Positions 1 through 9,264 of a stretch of DNA of 64,000 bases are shown here, piece by piece (position 1 is the first letter of the stretch; the number at the start of each line of letters is the position of its first letter). The stretch is from sequence record OP079919.1; one strand, 5' to 3'. Both the position numbers and the translations under genes were made by a program. The notes under the pieces are model-generated. The model ran no database searches and was not told where the DNA came from. It worked only from the letters and a program-made list of their open reading frames with translations. The DNA comes from Klebsiella phage KPN8.

Positions 1-374
1 ATTTTATCGCAAGCGTGGCGCACAGCGTGCAGTGTGGGATAGACTATGCCTTTGGTCTGCCGGAATTGCATCAATGGGGGTTAATGGGTGACGGGTATAA
101 AGCCCAAATGAAAGCATCCGTCAGAGCCGTTCTGGTTCATGACAAATCACCAAAATCTCTCCATGGCAGTTGGCTTAGTCGACTAACCCAAGAAGGTTGG
201 GTTCATGGAGAAGTAAAGGATGCGGAAAAGAAAACTCATCCGTTATTAGTTCCATTCGACGAACTTCCTATCGAATGGAAACTTCGTCTTCGTCAATTCA
301 GAGCAGCGGTCATTCCTTTTAGAAAAACCAAAAATACAGTGAGATCTAATCTCATTACCTTTTCAACAAAATAA
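1..374 (+). CDS. RyR-domain-like protein; 5' end possibly outside window
   Basis: ORF 15..374 with no in-frame stop back to nt 3. Segment HDKSPKSLHGSWLSRLTQEGWVHGEVKDAEKKTHPLLVPFDELP resembles the phage/bacterial RyR (ryanodine-receptor) domain. Confidence 0.45.
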   Translation, partial: FIASVAHSVQCGIDYAFGLPELHQWGLMGDGYKAQMKASVRAVLVHDKSPKSLHGSWLSRLTQEGWVHGEVKDAEKKTHPLLVPFDELPIEWKLRLRQFRAAVIPFRKTKNTVRSNLITFSTK

Positions 375-398
375 CCTCACTAATTTAGGGCTACGATT

Positions 399-1142
399 AT
401 GAGCGAAAACATTCCTTACGTTTACCTTCCTTCCGACATTAAAAATGATCCGGGTGTTGTTTTGAATCGCACTAAGATCAATCGTTCGAAAACCATCATT
501 AAAATGTTGGGGGTCAAAATAAAAGACCATAACAACACCGTAAAGATGTTTGATAAAGCGATGTCCGGCGAGATTTATCAAACCAAGGAGGGGAGAAAAT
601 ATCGTTCGGTAACTTTCAAGTTACACGCCAAGCGAAAGAAGGAACTTTTGGAAGCGCTTAAAGCGGAAGAGAAAGTATTACAAGCAATGAAAGAATTTGG
701 TGTAATTCTTCAACAGAACATCTACGACGCTCAGTCGATGAGTTTCTCTCCTTTCTCTTTAAAAGGTTTTCTCGACTCTAAAGCACTCGGGAGCATTCCG
801 GGTAAATCCGAATTACGGGATCTTCGTCAGTCACTGGGTGCATTAATTGAAGCGGATCCTAATGCCGTTATCTGGATTGCAAAAAGAAATCTGGACGGGG
901 TTCCGGTTGCTTTTATCGCCGGGCGAGACAAAGGCGATGACGCCTTCGACATGTCTATTTTCTATTCACACACTGAGGATGCAGAACGGCATAATGAGGT
1001 AATGAAATATCTCATTAAGCGTCTAAAATCGATAGGGGTGACCCCTATCAGTCTGATCTCGATTTCTCCTGATTTTAGTGCAGCGGGTCACGCAATGGAG
1101 AAAATGGGCGGGCGCATGACTTCAGCACAGTTTGACTTTTAA
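399..1142 (+). CDS. hypothetical protein (basic N-terminus)
   Basis: 247-aa ORF, AGGG/ATG spacing acceptable, no antisense conflict. No recognisable motif. Confidence 0.55.
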   Translation: MSENIPYVYLPSDIKNDPGVVLNRTKINRSKTIIKMLGVKIKDHNNTVKMFDKAMSGEIYQTKEGRKYRSVTFKLHAKRKKELLEALKAEEKVLQAMKEFGVILQQNIYDAQSMSFSPFSLKGFLDSKALGSIPGKSELRDLRQSLGALIEADPNAVIWIAKRNLDGVPVAFIAGRDKGDDAFDMSIFYSHTEDAERHNEVMKYLIKRLKSIGVTPISLISISPDFSAAGHAMEKMGGRMTSAQFDF

Positions 1143-1154
1143 GGGTGATTAAAC

Positions 1155-1829
1155 ATGGGTGTAAATTCTAGAACGATCCCGCTTTCTTACTACAAGACAA
1201 AAACGACAGATGAAAAAGACGAGTTTCCTATTGACTCCGATATCAATACTGTCATCTTTGATTTCGAAACCGCTTCGCTTGGCATTAATCCAGCGATCCT
1301 CAGTATGGGTGCGTTTGCATTCAACCGGTTTAGTTTAGAGACCACACAACGTCGAATGAAGAATCCTCAGGATAAGGATACGTTTTATCGTAATCTTAAT
1401 CTAAAGGAATCGTTCTTCTTGGGTTTCGACATCGCCAAAGAAACCGGGGAATGGCATTACAAAAAGAACGGAACGAACCTCGGCAAGATGTTAGAGAACG
1501 AGGTTTCTCCATACGCGGCCTTACGGGAATTCAAACGCTTCATCATGTCTTATCGTCGTAAGACCGAGGACATGGTTATTCTGATTCGTCGCACTCACGC
1601 AGATTACATTTGGTTAGAGAATCTGTGTAAGCGATTGGATACAGAGATGTTCCTCAGACACAACGACGTGATTGACATCCCAAGCATCGTGTTTGCTAAA
1701 ACAGGCGACGTTAAAGGGCATTACACCCTGGAAGAAAGTTTGTTTGAAGGTCTTGTAAGTCATCATGCGCTGACCGATTGTTATTTAGACGCGCTTCGCA
1801 TTTGTTCGCTGTACCAAGAAACGAAGTAA
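1155..1829 (+). CDS. DEDDh-type 3'-5' exonuclease (DnaQ-like)
   Basis: Exo I motif VIFDFETASLG (D-x-E) and Exo III motif HHALTDCYLD (H-x4-D) in 224-aa ORF; followed by a terminator hairpin. Confidence 0.7.
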   Translation: MGVNSRTIPLSYYKTKTTDEKDEFPIDSDINTVIFDFETASLGINPAILSMGAFAFNRFSLETTQRRMKNPQDKDTFYRNLNLKESFFLGFDIAKETGEWHYKKNGTNLGKMLENEVSPYAALREFKRFIMSYRRKTEDMVILIRRTHADYIWLENLCKRLDTEMFLRHNDVIDIPSIVFAKTGDVKGHYTLEESLFEGLVSHHALTDCYLDALRICSLYQETK

Positions 1830-1835
1830 AAACGT

Positions 1836-1872
1836 AGAGGGGTTAACGCCCCTCTCTTATTTTGTCTTTTTT
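1836..1872 (+). terminator. intrinsic terminator
   Basis: AGAGGGG-ttaacg-CCCCTCT stem followed by TATTTTGTCTTTTTT. Confidence 0.7.
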
Positions 1873-1888
1873 AGGAATTAACATCATG
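1869..1888 (+). promoter_or_regulatory. conserved 20-nt start-site element TTTTAGGA(A/G)TTAACATCATG (copy 1)
   Basis: Near-identical 20-mers end in the start codon at 1888, 4117, 15938, 18436 and 22080. Confidence 0.6.
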
Positions 1889-2182
1889 AGCTTAGAATCT
1901 TTCTTTCGTCAATTACTAGATTGGCCGGAATACGAAACACCATCGTACTTTATTAAAAACGGGGTATGCACGATTATAGACGGCGAAGACCAAATCAGTT
2001 TTCGCATAAGAGATATCGCCCGAATACGTTTGGTTAACCGTACTGTTAACCTCTACAGCCGCACGGGAATAGAGATCGCGTTCTACGGAAAGAAACCTCG
2101 CATCCACGTAGAGAGCTCTTCTGACTTTAAAGAATATTTCGTTAAAATGATGTCCGATATCTTCGCTGGAAGGGAATGCTGA
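1886..2182 (+). CDS. hypothetical protein
   Basis: ATG at 1886 preceded by the conserved TTTTAGGAATTAACATC element. The tracked ORF start at 1862 is TTG inside the terminator tail. Confidence 0.55.
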   Translation: MSLESFFRQLLDWPEYETPSYFIKNGVCTIIDGEDQISFRIRDIARIRLVNRTVNLYSRTGIEIAFYGKKPRIHVESSSDFKEYFVKMMSDIFAGREC

Positions 2183-2745
2183 TGAAAAGTATCAAACGTA
2201 AGTACGTAACAGCTAACGAACTTAAGAATAGTAAGTTCATTATCTTCGGGGAAATGCATACATCAGAAGATCGCGATGAAGTCGAATTTTTGATTCGACG
2301 GGCTCACACGCTAAAGCCGTTTAAAGTCCTCTTTAGTGAGGAATGCGGAAGTGAAGTGTTCCTCACACCTAATGCCATTAAACGAGGACTGGAATTAGAG
2401 AAATGGTCAATTAGCGATCGTTCCTTTAAATTAGCGTTAGAGCTCGGGTTACAAGTCGTAGGGTGCGATCTTTGGGATAAATCCGTTTACGCCTGGGATA
2501 AGAAAGACGAGAACGGAATCTACACAGATTGTCGACGTAGCTTCGCATTAAGAGAGCAGTTTATGATCGATCAGATCATGGGGCTGTGCAACCCTAACAA
2601 TCCACATGTGCGTGGCTGTATGATCGTAGGAGACAGTCACCTAAGGATGACAAAAAATCCCGTTATGGGAGATGCTAGTGCGCTCGGTAAGCTTGTTTAT
2701 AATCGGGGTTTAATTCTTCGCAGTGACATTGGGGAAGTGACATGA
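2176..2745 (+). CDS. hypothetical protein, possible GExH (Tiki/TraB/ChaN-like) fold
   Basis: 189-aa ORF overlapping its neighbours by 4-7 nt. IIFGEMHT motif resembles the GExH signature; weak. Confidence 0.5.
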   Translation: MLMKSIKRKYVTANELKNSKFIIFGEMHTSEDRDEVEFLIRRAHTLKPFKVLFSEECGSEVFLTPNAIKRGLELEKWSISDRSFKLALELGLQVVGCDLWDKSVYAWDKKDENGIYTDCRRSFALREQFMIDQIMGLCNPNNPHVRGCMIVGDSHLRMTKNPVMGDASALGKLVYNRGLILRSDIGEVT

Positions 2746-3170
2746 GAATATTCTTAATTCAGGAAAATTTTTGTAGTCGTGAGTTCTTTTCTCTTTTAAA
2801 GGATTACGGAGTTCCTAAGGGGAATCTGGATACGAATAAGGATGGATATATCTACGTTCGTACCGGGATAGAACCAAAAGAAATTATCCGGCGTATTAAG
2901 CTGGCTGATAGTCGCAAAATGAAAGTCGTTTTCATTATTCCGCATTATCTCAACCAGAGTAAAGAGCTGTACGCAGCTCTCAAGGACGATGGTCACAATT
3001 GGGAGAATCACCTAAGCATAGTCGGAAATCATTTGGAAGAAGCCGATTATGTTGATTTTGTCAGAGACGACAACCTCACAGATATTGTAAAGATCATTCA
3101 GCGTGTTAAAACTGAGTGGGGTCGGGTCACCCATCCCGCTTATTCGTCTATTTTTGGTTCAGTTAACTGA
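2742..3170 (+). CDS. hypothetical protein
   Basis: 142-aa ORF, ATGA overlap with the upstream gene. Confidence 0.5.
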   Translation: MRIFLIQENFCSREFFSLLKDYGVPKGNLDTNKDGYIYVRTGIEPKEIIRRIKLADSRKMKVVFIIPHYLNQSKELYAALKDDGHNWENHLSIVGNHLEEADYVDFVRDDNLTDIVKIIQRVKTEWGRVTHPAYSSIFGSVN

Positions 3171-3230
3171 AAACCCAATACTCGCCACCTTTATGTTTAA
3201 AGGTGGAGTGAGTAGAATAATTGGTCGGAG

Positions 3231-3659
3231 ATGATCATGAGACTATCCCAGTATAAAGATCTATTACAAAGTGTTTCGGCTGAGCCGATTCGGTTTAACT
3301 CTGAGTTCTACGAAAAAGTTATCCCTTTCCCTATTACAGGGAAAGACTCTACTAAGGCGCATTGGAGTTTGGTATTAAATCGCCCAGTTTCGGTAGAAGC
3401 GGCTTTCCTCAAATACGCGACTGGGGTCTTCGTTGATTTCGGGGAATACTTTACGATAAAGGAGCCGTTATCCTTAGCGGACTTCGTATTCCAATATAGC
3501 CGTAACGGCGGGTTTCAGTTAACGGAGTATTTCACTCACTTTATTCCCGCCCCCGATATCACCAGCCCATACGGCTGGGCTACGGTATCACGTAACCCCT
3601 TAAATATTAAAGCGCACTACGATCTGTTCGTGGGGAACCCCAAGTTCATTAAAAAATAA
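3231..3659 (+). CDS. hypothetical protein
   Basis: 142-aa ORF after a GGAG-containing spacer. Confidence 0.5.
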   Translation: MIMRLSQYKDLLQSVSAEPIRFNSEFYEKVIPFPITGKDSTKAHWSLVLNRPVSVEAAFLKYATGVFVDFGEYFTIKEPLSLADFVFQYSRNGGFQLTEYFTHFIPAPDITSPYGWATVSRNPLNIKAHYDLFVGNPKFIKK

Positions 3660-3682
3660 TCACATATTTAATTGGAGGGATT

Positions 3683-4090
3683 ATGGCTAGATTTAAAAGA
3701 CGCGGCGGTTACCGTTCCGATCATGGGCCGGAAGCCGAGTCCCTGAAGATAGAATTAATTCTCAATACGGGGTTGATTAACGAGCTTACAGAAGCGATAA
3801 AAGAGAGAAAATATTCAAGATTGCAACTCCAAATAGCTTACCACAATTACCGTCGGAGTCATTTAAATAAAACACAGCCATTGACCGAATTGGAAAAGAA
3901 CGCCCACATCGCAAAAATAGATCGGGTGAACCGGATCCTCGCGGGGCTTTGCCTGCAGCATAAAGCCGCCGTCGCCAGACAAATCACACTCAAAAATAAA
4001 TACCGAGAGGCATACACTGAGTATTATCGGGCTAACGGAATCAACGCACATTTAATAATAGGGAGTTGGGGTTACATCCCGGCCTCCTAA
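3683..4090 (+). CDS. hypothetical basic protein
   Basis: 135-aa ORF, GGAGGG 6 nt upstream of ATG; Arg/Lys-rich. Confidence 0.55.
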   Translation: MARFKRRGGYRSDHGPEAESLKIELILNTGLINELTEAIKERKYSRLQLQIAYHNYRRSHLNKTQPLTELEKNAHIAKIDRVNRILAGLCLQHKAAVARQITLKNKYREAYTEYYRANGINAHLIIGSWGYIPAS

Positions 4091-4097
4091 GAAAACC

Positions 4098-4117
4098 TTT
4101 TAGGAACTAACATCATG
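4098..4117 (+). promoter_or_regulatory. conserved start-site element (copy 2)
   Basis: TTTTAGGAACTAACATCATG. Confidence 0.6.
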
Positions 4118-4912
4118 ACAGACCAATGTGAGTGGAAAGACGTTTATGTGACTGGCTGCAATCATGTAAACGATAAGATCATGTTAAAATATCGCCCTCA
4201 GTTTCGTACGATGGAAGAACATGATAACGAAACCTGGGGCCTTCTCGACCAAGTGCCAGAAGATAAAATCGTTATCTTCTTAGGTGACAACTTCCTCAGT
4301 CCAGAAAGTCTAATAAGACTAAAACAGTATAAGTTTTACAAAGTCCACGTACTCGGTAACCACGATCTCCAAAACGGGGTGAATATAAAAATGATTACCG
4401 ACGTGATGGATGAAGTCCATGGTAGCATTAAAATGGACGGGATATGGTTCTCGCACATCCCGATGCATAAACACGCTTTAGGACATGGTTATATTAACAT
4501 CCACGCTCACATGCACACCGACACGTTATACGACGATCGTTACGTTAACGTAAGTATGGATGCGACCAATTATCGTTTAATCTCTGTCGATGAAATACTG
4601 AACGGCAAGTACGTTCCTTTTTCCTTCCTCCCTAAAGGAAAAACAGAATCCTTAGATTTAACTGTCCCGATAAACGTTACTCGGTTTATTCTCGACGAAG
4701 AGATCTTTGATCAGGAAGGTAACTTAGTCGCAGAAATTAAATCAGTTGACGCCAGCCGCCCAATGAAGATAGACGTGAATATAAAAATGTTGCTCAGTGA
4801 GTTTAAAGCACATTTTAAATCACCTACCCAGTTCAAATTCGTCGCAGGTAGGGGCCAGGTTCACTCTAAAATTGTTTTCAACAAAATATCAACTCAGGAG
4901 TTACCATCGTGA
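4115..4912 (+). CDS. calcineurin-like metallophosphoesterase
   Basis: Motifs VTGCNH..D, FLGDNF, GNHD, HIPMH and NIHAHMH match the metallophosphatase signature. Preceded by the conserved TTTTAGGAACTAACATCATG element. Confidence 0.7.
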   Translation: MTDQCEWKDVYVTGCNHVNDKIMLKYRPQFRTMEEHDNETWGLLDQVPEDKIVIFLGDNFLSPESLIRLKQYKFYKVHVLGNHDLQNGVNIKMITDVMDEVHGSIKMDGIWFSHIPMHKHALGHGYINIHAHMHTDTLYDDRYVNVSMDATNYRLISVDEILNGKYVPFSFLPKGKTESLDLTVPINVTRFILDEEIFDQEGNLVAEIKSVDASRPMKIDVNIKMLLSEFKAHFKSPTQFKFVAGRGQVHSKIVFNKISTQELPS

Positions 4913-5265
4913 AAGAGGAAAGATTACTGCAGCTCATCGCTTCTTCTAAAGTTCTTGAAGTCGTCACAATCACCCATAAAGAACTCCTGGAAATTGCAGA
5001 GTGTCGGATTCAGGTAAAAACCTTTTATCCCGACATTGTTGATCGTTACCTCGGTTACCTCAAAAACTCTCCTGAACTGGGTACGGGTAAAACAAAAACG
5101 TCGCATCTCATCTGGATGCTGGAGAGTATAAGGGATAATTCTGAAATGTCCCTTACCAAGAAACATCGCTGGTTGGGGTATATTCAGGGCATCATGGTCA
5201 CTCACGGCATTCTTGATGTAGATGAGGAACGTGATAATACTAGAGAAATTTTCAGGGGATTATGA
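4909..5265 (+). CDS. hypothetical protein
   Basis: 118-aa ORF, GTGA overlap with the upstream gene. Confidence 0.5.
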   Translation: MKEERLLQLIASSKVLEVVTITHKELLEIAECRIQVKTFYPDIVDRYLGYLKNSPELGTGKTKTSHLIWMLESIRDNSEMSLTKKHRWLGYIQGIMVTHGILDVDEERDNTREIFRGL

Positions 5266-5636
5266 TGGACGAAAATAACGTAATAGGTCAGACTTACGAA
5301 AGTATTATGTCAGATCGTTTCAAGATGTACGAGTTTAGAACCAAATTGGGTTATGCTCGGTATAACGACCTTTCAGCTAAAATATTTTTTACTATTAAGA
5401 AGATAAGGGCGTTAAAAAAAGAAATCAAAAAATGTCAACGATTAGGCGCCGAGTTGGGTATTTCGGGTAAAACGGTTTATCGGTTAGGGACTCGCAGTTT
5501 TATTGCCGAGCTTAACATGGAACTTGCGTCCCTGCGAATGCTAATCGGTAAAAGAAAAGAAAAAATGGAAGAGTTAAGAAGATTAATTGGCGAGCGCAAC
5601 GACGCTTACAATAAACTTAATAACCTGGAGAAATAA
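5262..5636 (+). CDS. hypothetical coiled-coil protein
   Basis: 124-aa ORF, ATGA overlap with the upstream gene; C-terminal heptad-like region. Confidence 0.5.
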   Translation: MMDENNVIGQTYESIMSDRFKMYEFRTKLGYARYNDLSAKIFFTIKKIRALKKEIKKCQRLGAELGISGKTVYRLGTRSFIAELNMELASLRMLIGKRKEKMEELRRLIGERNDAYNKLNNLEK

Positions 5637-5637
5637 A

Positions 5638-6231
5638 ATGGCAAATATTGAATTAATAAAGCAAACCAACGAAGAAGCTTTCAATGACCCACACCCTGGC
5701 GATCTCTGGCACGAGATGTTTAACGAGCAACTCCGGGTTATTAAGGTTAATGACGACGGGTCCTTATTTATCAGATACTCCCCATCTGGAATAAACCAGA
5801 TCTTGAAGATTAATCGCTCGCAGTTCGCCCTTATGTTAAAGTACAAGCATAATGATAATTTTTGTCTTGACGTGATAAGGGGCAAGAGTGTTTTCGATCT
5901 CCCAAGAAAGATCAGTAACGGTTTATTCGTTAAATTTGAAGACAGCGGTTTAAGCTGCCGGGTGGTGGAAGTCTTTAAAGACGTTTACGTTGTTGCAGAC
6001 GCTAGCGCGCTGACTAACCTTTGCCTGGAAGTTGGGATGAAGAAGCCGTTAGTTCCCGATAATTTGCGTTATCCTTTAATTGTTCATCTTGGCGGGGTAG
6101 GTCAAGCCGATGAGTTACTAAAAGAAACCTCTCTAGCAAAAATTAATCGCATCTTTGACTCGGTCAATTACAATAACTCGGTCAAAACGATTTACAGCTA
6201 TAATCACTGGTTGCTGTTCCGTAATTTTTAA
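5638..6231 (+). CDS. hypothetical protein
   Basis: Internal ATG at 5638 (MANIELIK) sits directly after the upstream stop with a GGAG upstream. The longer ORF from 5587 overlaps the previous gene in another frame. Confidence 0.5.
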   Translation: MANIELIKQTNEEAFNDPHPGDLWHEMFNEQLRVIKVNDDGSLFIRYSPSGINQILKINRSQFALMLKYKHNDNFCLDVIRGKSVFDLPRKISNGLFVKFEDSGLSCRVVEVFKDVYVVADASALTNLCLEVGMKKPLVPDNLRYPLIVHLGGVGQADELLKETSLAKINRIFDSVNYNNSVKTIYSYNHWLLFRNF

Positions 6232-6240
6232 GGATTCGAT

Positions 6241-6678
6241 ATGAGTTTACGTGCTTTGTATTGCGGTGGTGTTGTTAAAAATGGAATAGTGGCTTGGGGG
6301 AACCATATCCCAGTTACTCATCGAGAAACTTTCCTTCAATTTAAATTTCAACTCAAAGGATGTAAATCGGCTGGGTTCTTAGGGGACGAAGAAGGGTATT
6401 TGAAAATTTATGGTAAGAGTATTAGTCTCGGTATCGAGGCTAATGATTTTACTAATAAACGAATCAGGGCGGGTCAAGACAACTACCGGTTCTTCCGTTG
6501 CATGGTGACCGTAGGTAACTACGAATTCCCGTTATTATTTTGCGGAACTTACGAACCTGAGTTCTTTGAGTTACGTAAGGAAATCACCAGAGACGAGCTT
6601 GGCGATGCGTTAAGTCAGCTCGAACAACTGGGTTGCAATTATGTCAGCAACGATCGCAGAACCGTTAACTGGCTTTAG
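6241..6678 (+). CDS. hypothetical protein
   Basis: 145-aa ORF, AAGGA 7 nt upstream. Confidence 0.5.
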   Translation: MSLRALYCGGVVKNGIVAWGNHIPVTHRETFLQFKFQLKGCKSAGFLGDEEGYLKIYGKSISLGIEANDFTNKRIRAGQDNYRFFRCMVTVGNYEFPLLFCGTYEPEFFELRKEITRDELGDALSQLEQLGCNYVSNDRRTVNWL

Positions 6679-6687
6679 GAAAATGAA

Positions 6688-7911
6688 ATGTTCGAATATC
6701 TCATTCAGATAAATCAGGTTCTCTCTTCTGTCCCTATTATCGGTGGGAGTTTAGCGGTAGCCTTAGGCGGCGGGATCATTGCCGCCTTCTGGAAAGGTCC
6801 AGCGTTACTCTCGAGGATTTTTAACTCCACTGTTGTGGTTTCCTTCACTCTTAATAACTCAGGGTGGGGCAATAATACCAAGCACTACATTGCGTTTATT
6901 AAATGGTTTAACCGTTCAGATATTCTTAAGATAACGCGATCTACTGGTTACGAGGCCGTTTACGACAGCTCTGGTAAAGGGCCTAGTGTCGGCAGTCATT
7001 TATTTCGATTTAAGAATAAATGGTACTATCTCAAAATCAAAGAACTCCCTTCTACGGGAAGCGAGCGTGAGAAGAAAGAGATATGTATAAAGACGTTAGG
7101 GTGTTCTGTCAGCATTTTCGACGATCTCTTCGAGGCCTTTAAGGATAAGACGGATGACGACGGAGAACTCAAAGTAAAACGGTTCAGGGACAATTACTGG
7201 TACGACGCCTGTCTTCTCAGCAGAAGGTCGTGGGATACCGTCATCTTAAACAAAGAAAAGAAGGTGGAAATAGTCGAACTCATCGAAGAGTTTTACGCGT
7301 CGAGGGAGTGGTACCGAGAAAGAGGAATACCGTATAAACTCGTTATTGTTTTGTACGGCCCGGCCGGGACGGGTAAGAGTACTGTTATCAAAGCGTTAGC
7401 ACGCTTGTTTAACAAAAACCTTAACCTCATTTATCTTCACCAAATGACGGATAACACCTTCCCGGCCAGCATAGAGACGGTAGAGCAAGATTCTTTTATT
7501 GCCATAGAGGATTTTGATACGGTTTCTTCTATAGGGTCGAGGACCAAACCTAAGGAGGAAAAAGATCCGTTCCAAATAGACCTTTCAGACGGAGGATTAA
7601 ACCTGACCACTGTTTTAAATACATTGGATGGGATCGCCGAATTGAATGGTCAGGTCATCTTTATGTCAACCAACCATCTTGAAAAGATCGACAGTGCGCT
7701 GATCAGAACGGGTAGGGTGGATGCAAAAATCCACATCGGGTTTTTAGGTAAAGAAGAGGTCGGAGACTTTATTCAAATGATGTATCCCGGAACAGAAACT
7801 GATTTGGATTTTGTTACAGAAATCTCTGGGTCGGATCTTCAGTCGTATGCGTTAGCCAACAAAAGAAATTCGGAAGGTTTCTTAAAAGAGCTTAAGGACC
7901 ATTTTAAATAA
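6688..7911 (+). CDS. BCS1-like AAA+ ATPase with N-terminal transmembrane helix
   Basis: N-terminal hydrophobic helix PIIGGSLAVALGGGIIAAFW. Walker A is VLYGPAGTGKST, Walker B is FIAIEDFD. Segment LNTLDGIAELNGQVIFMSTNHLEKIDSALIRTGRVDAKIHIG closely parallels the Bcs1 signature LNALDG...FMTTN...LDPALIRPGRVD. Confidence 0.8.
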   Translation: MFEYLIQINQVLSSVPIIGGSLAVALGGGIIAAFWKGPALLSRIFNSTVVVSFTLNNSGWGNNTKHYIAFIKWFNRSDILKITRSTGYEAVYDSSGKGPSVGSHLFRFKNKWYYLKIKELPSTGSEREKKEICIKTLGCSVSIFDDLFEAFKDKTDDDGELKVKRFRDNYWYDACLLSRRSWDTVILNKEKKVEIVELIEEFYASREWYRERGIPYKLVIVLYGPAGTGKSTVIKALARLFNKNLNLIYLHQMTDNTFPASIETVEQDSFIAIEDFDTVSSIGSRTKPKEEKDPFQIDLSDGGLNLTTVLNTLDGIAELNGQVIFMSTNHLEKIDSALIRTGRVDAKIHIGFLGKEEVGDFIQMMYPGTETDLDFVTEISGSDLQSYALANKRNSEGFLKELKDHFK

Positions 7912-7935
7912 CCTTTTATTTTAGGACAAACATCG

Positions 7936-8490
7936 ATGATTTTACAAGCAGTTAGCGTCGGTGGTAAGAAAACCACCATAGAAATAGAAGAAGGGCTTGT
8001 TAATGTTTGGCTGTTAGCTAAGCACGACGTCTTCTTACAAAACTTACCTCCTCTGGTTTGTCATGCATTGATTAAAGAGCATATCGAACGCAATATTACC
8101 CGTCGACCTGACATTCCTTTAACAGCCCAAGTACGCGAGCTGATGTACCGCGATATTACCATTAAGCTCAACGGTAAACCAAACTCGGTCATTCCCGTAA
8201 TTAAAGTAAGGCCGAGTAAAACCAGAAACCAGCTGAACCGAATCGTCAAAGAGTACTTCACGGTAAACAGCATGGAGTTCGATAAGAAACTCACTGTTGG
8301 TGAAATGCGTAAATTGGAGAAATACCTCCTTTCCTTTTACAAAGAACCCGTGCAGATTCACAAGAAAGAATTCCCTAATGGGGTTTATAAACTCATCGGC
8401 GTGGAATACGAAAATGAGCGGTTTGAAATAACCTTCTCTGACGATTTCTTCTTCGCTTTATATAAGGGCCCAGAATACCATGTTCAATAA
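7936..8490 (+). CDS. hypothetical protein
   Basis: 184-aa ORF preceded by a TTTTAGGACAAACATCG element. Confidence 0.55.
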   Translation: MILQAVSVGGKKTTIEIEEGLVNVWLLAKHDVFLQNLPPLVCHALIKEHIERNITRRPDIPLTAQVRELMYRDITIKLNGKPNSVIPVIKVRPSKTRNQLNRIVKEYFTVNSMEFDKKLTVGEMRKLEKYLLSFYKEPVQIHKKEFPNGVYKLIGVEYENERFEITFSDDFFFALYKGPEYHVQ

Positions 8491-8899
8491 TGTCATTTTA
8501 TTTGTCTATGACGATAGTGAGCTCGCTACCCAGTACACCGTGGCTAATAAAGGTGGAACAAGAAGATTAACAACCCCAGGTCACAGTGTTCTCTTATCTG
8601 ACGTCAAAGATAGAGTGGGGAAAAGCAGTTTCCATAACAGCATTGTGGTATTTGTACGAGGAGGGGCTTTCTTTGTTTTCATGTGCGGGTCCGTTCTATA
8701 CGGATTGGTGGGTGATCTCGATCACCTTCTGGATCACTTGTTGAAGATCAGGGACGAACTCAATACTCGGGCAGACATACGCAATCGGACAATACTGCAT
8801 ATCTCCGAGGCAGGATTCGGGCGGTACGACATCATTCCGACCATCGATCCCGTCGCGCACAAGGCATTGGCTGATTACCAAAATAATAAATTATTCTAA
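8480..8899 (+). CDS. hypothetical protein
   Basis: 139-aa ORF overlapping the upstream gene by 11 nt; followed by a strong terminator. Confidence 0.5.
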   Translation: MFNNVILFVYDDSELATQYTVANKGGTRRLTTPGHSVLLSDVKDRVGKSSFHNSIVVFVRGGAFFVFMCGSVLYGLVGDLDHLLDHLLKIRDELNTRADIRNRTILHISEAGFGRYDIIPTIDPVAHKALADYQNNKLF

Positions 8900-8902
8900 C
8901 AG

Positions 8903-8948
8903 TTACTGGAGTGGGGATGACCCCACTCCAGTAAGTTATTTTTTTTTT
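8903..8948 (+). terminator. intrinsic terminator
   Basis: 14-bp stem TTACTGGAGTGGGG/CCCCACTCCAGTAA with loop ATGA and a 10-T run. Confidence 0.8.
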
Positions 8949-8963
8949 CATATTATTTTAAAA

Positions 8964-8973
8964 CTATATTACC
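8964..8973 (+). promoter_or_regulatory. CTATATTACC box in AT-rich gap (candidate phage early promoter)
   Basis: aaaaCTATATTACCtaaacgtatagACAAC sits 43 nt upstream of the 9016 ATG, just after a terminator. Confidence 0.5.
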
Positions 8974-9015
8974 TAAACGTATAGACAACTTCTTTTATTT
9001 AACTGGAGTAGTAAA

Positions 9016-9264
9016 ATGATTTATTTCGATTTAGATTTTTTACTCGGGTCTAAGATCACGAAAGAAGAATTTAAGGAACTATTTCCGGATGCGGATCCCG
9101 ACCACCTATCCTGTTCTTCTACCGAGGAGGAAATCGATTTCGAAAATGCTTTTTGTGCGGAAGATCCTTATGATTCGGAAATCCTTCACCGATCTGTACC
9201 CATAATCGAAGGATCAAAATCAGATTTAATTTCGTCATACAAATTAGCGGAGGATGAGATATGA
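9016..9264 (+). CDS. small acidic protein
   Basis: 82-aa ORF after an AT-rich promoter-like gap; GGAG 8 nt upstream. Confidence 0.5.
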   Translation: MIYFDLDFLLGSKITKEEFKELFPDADPDHLSCSSTEEEIDFENAFCAEDPYDSEILHRSVPIIEGSKSDLISSYKLAEDEI

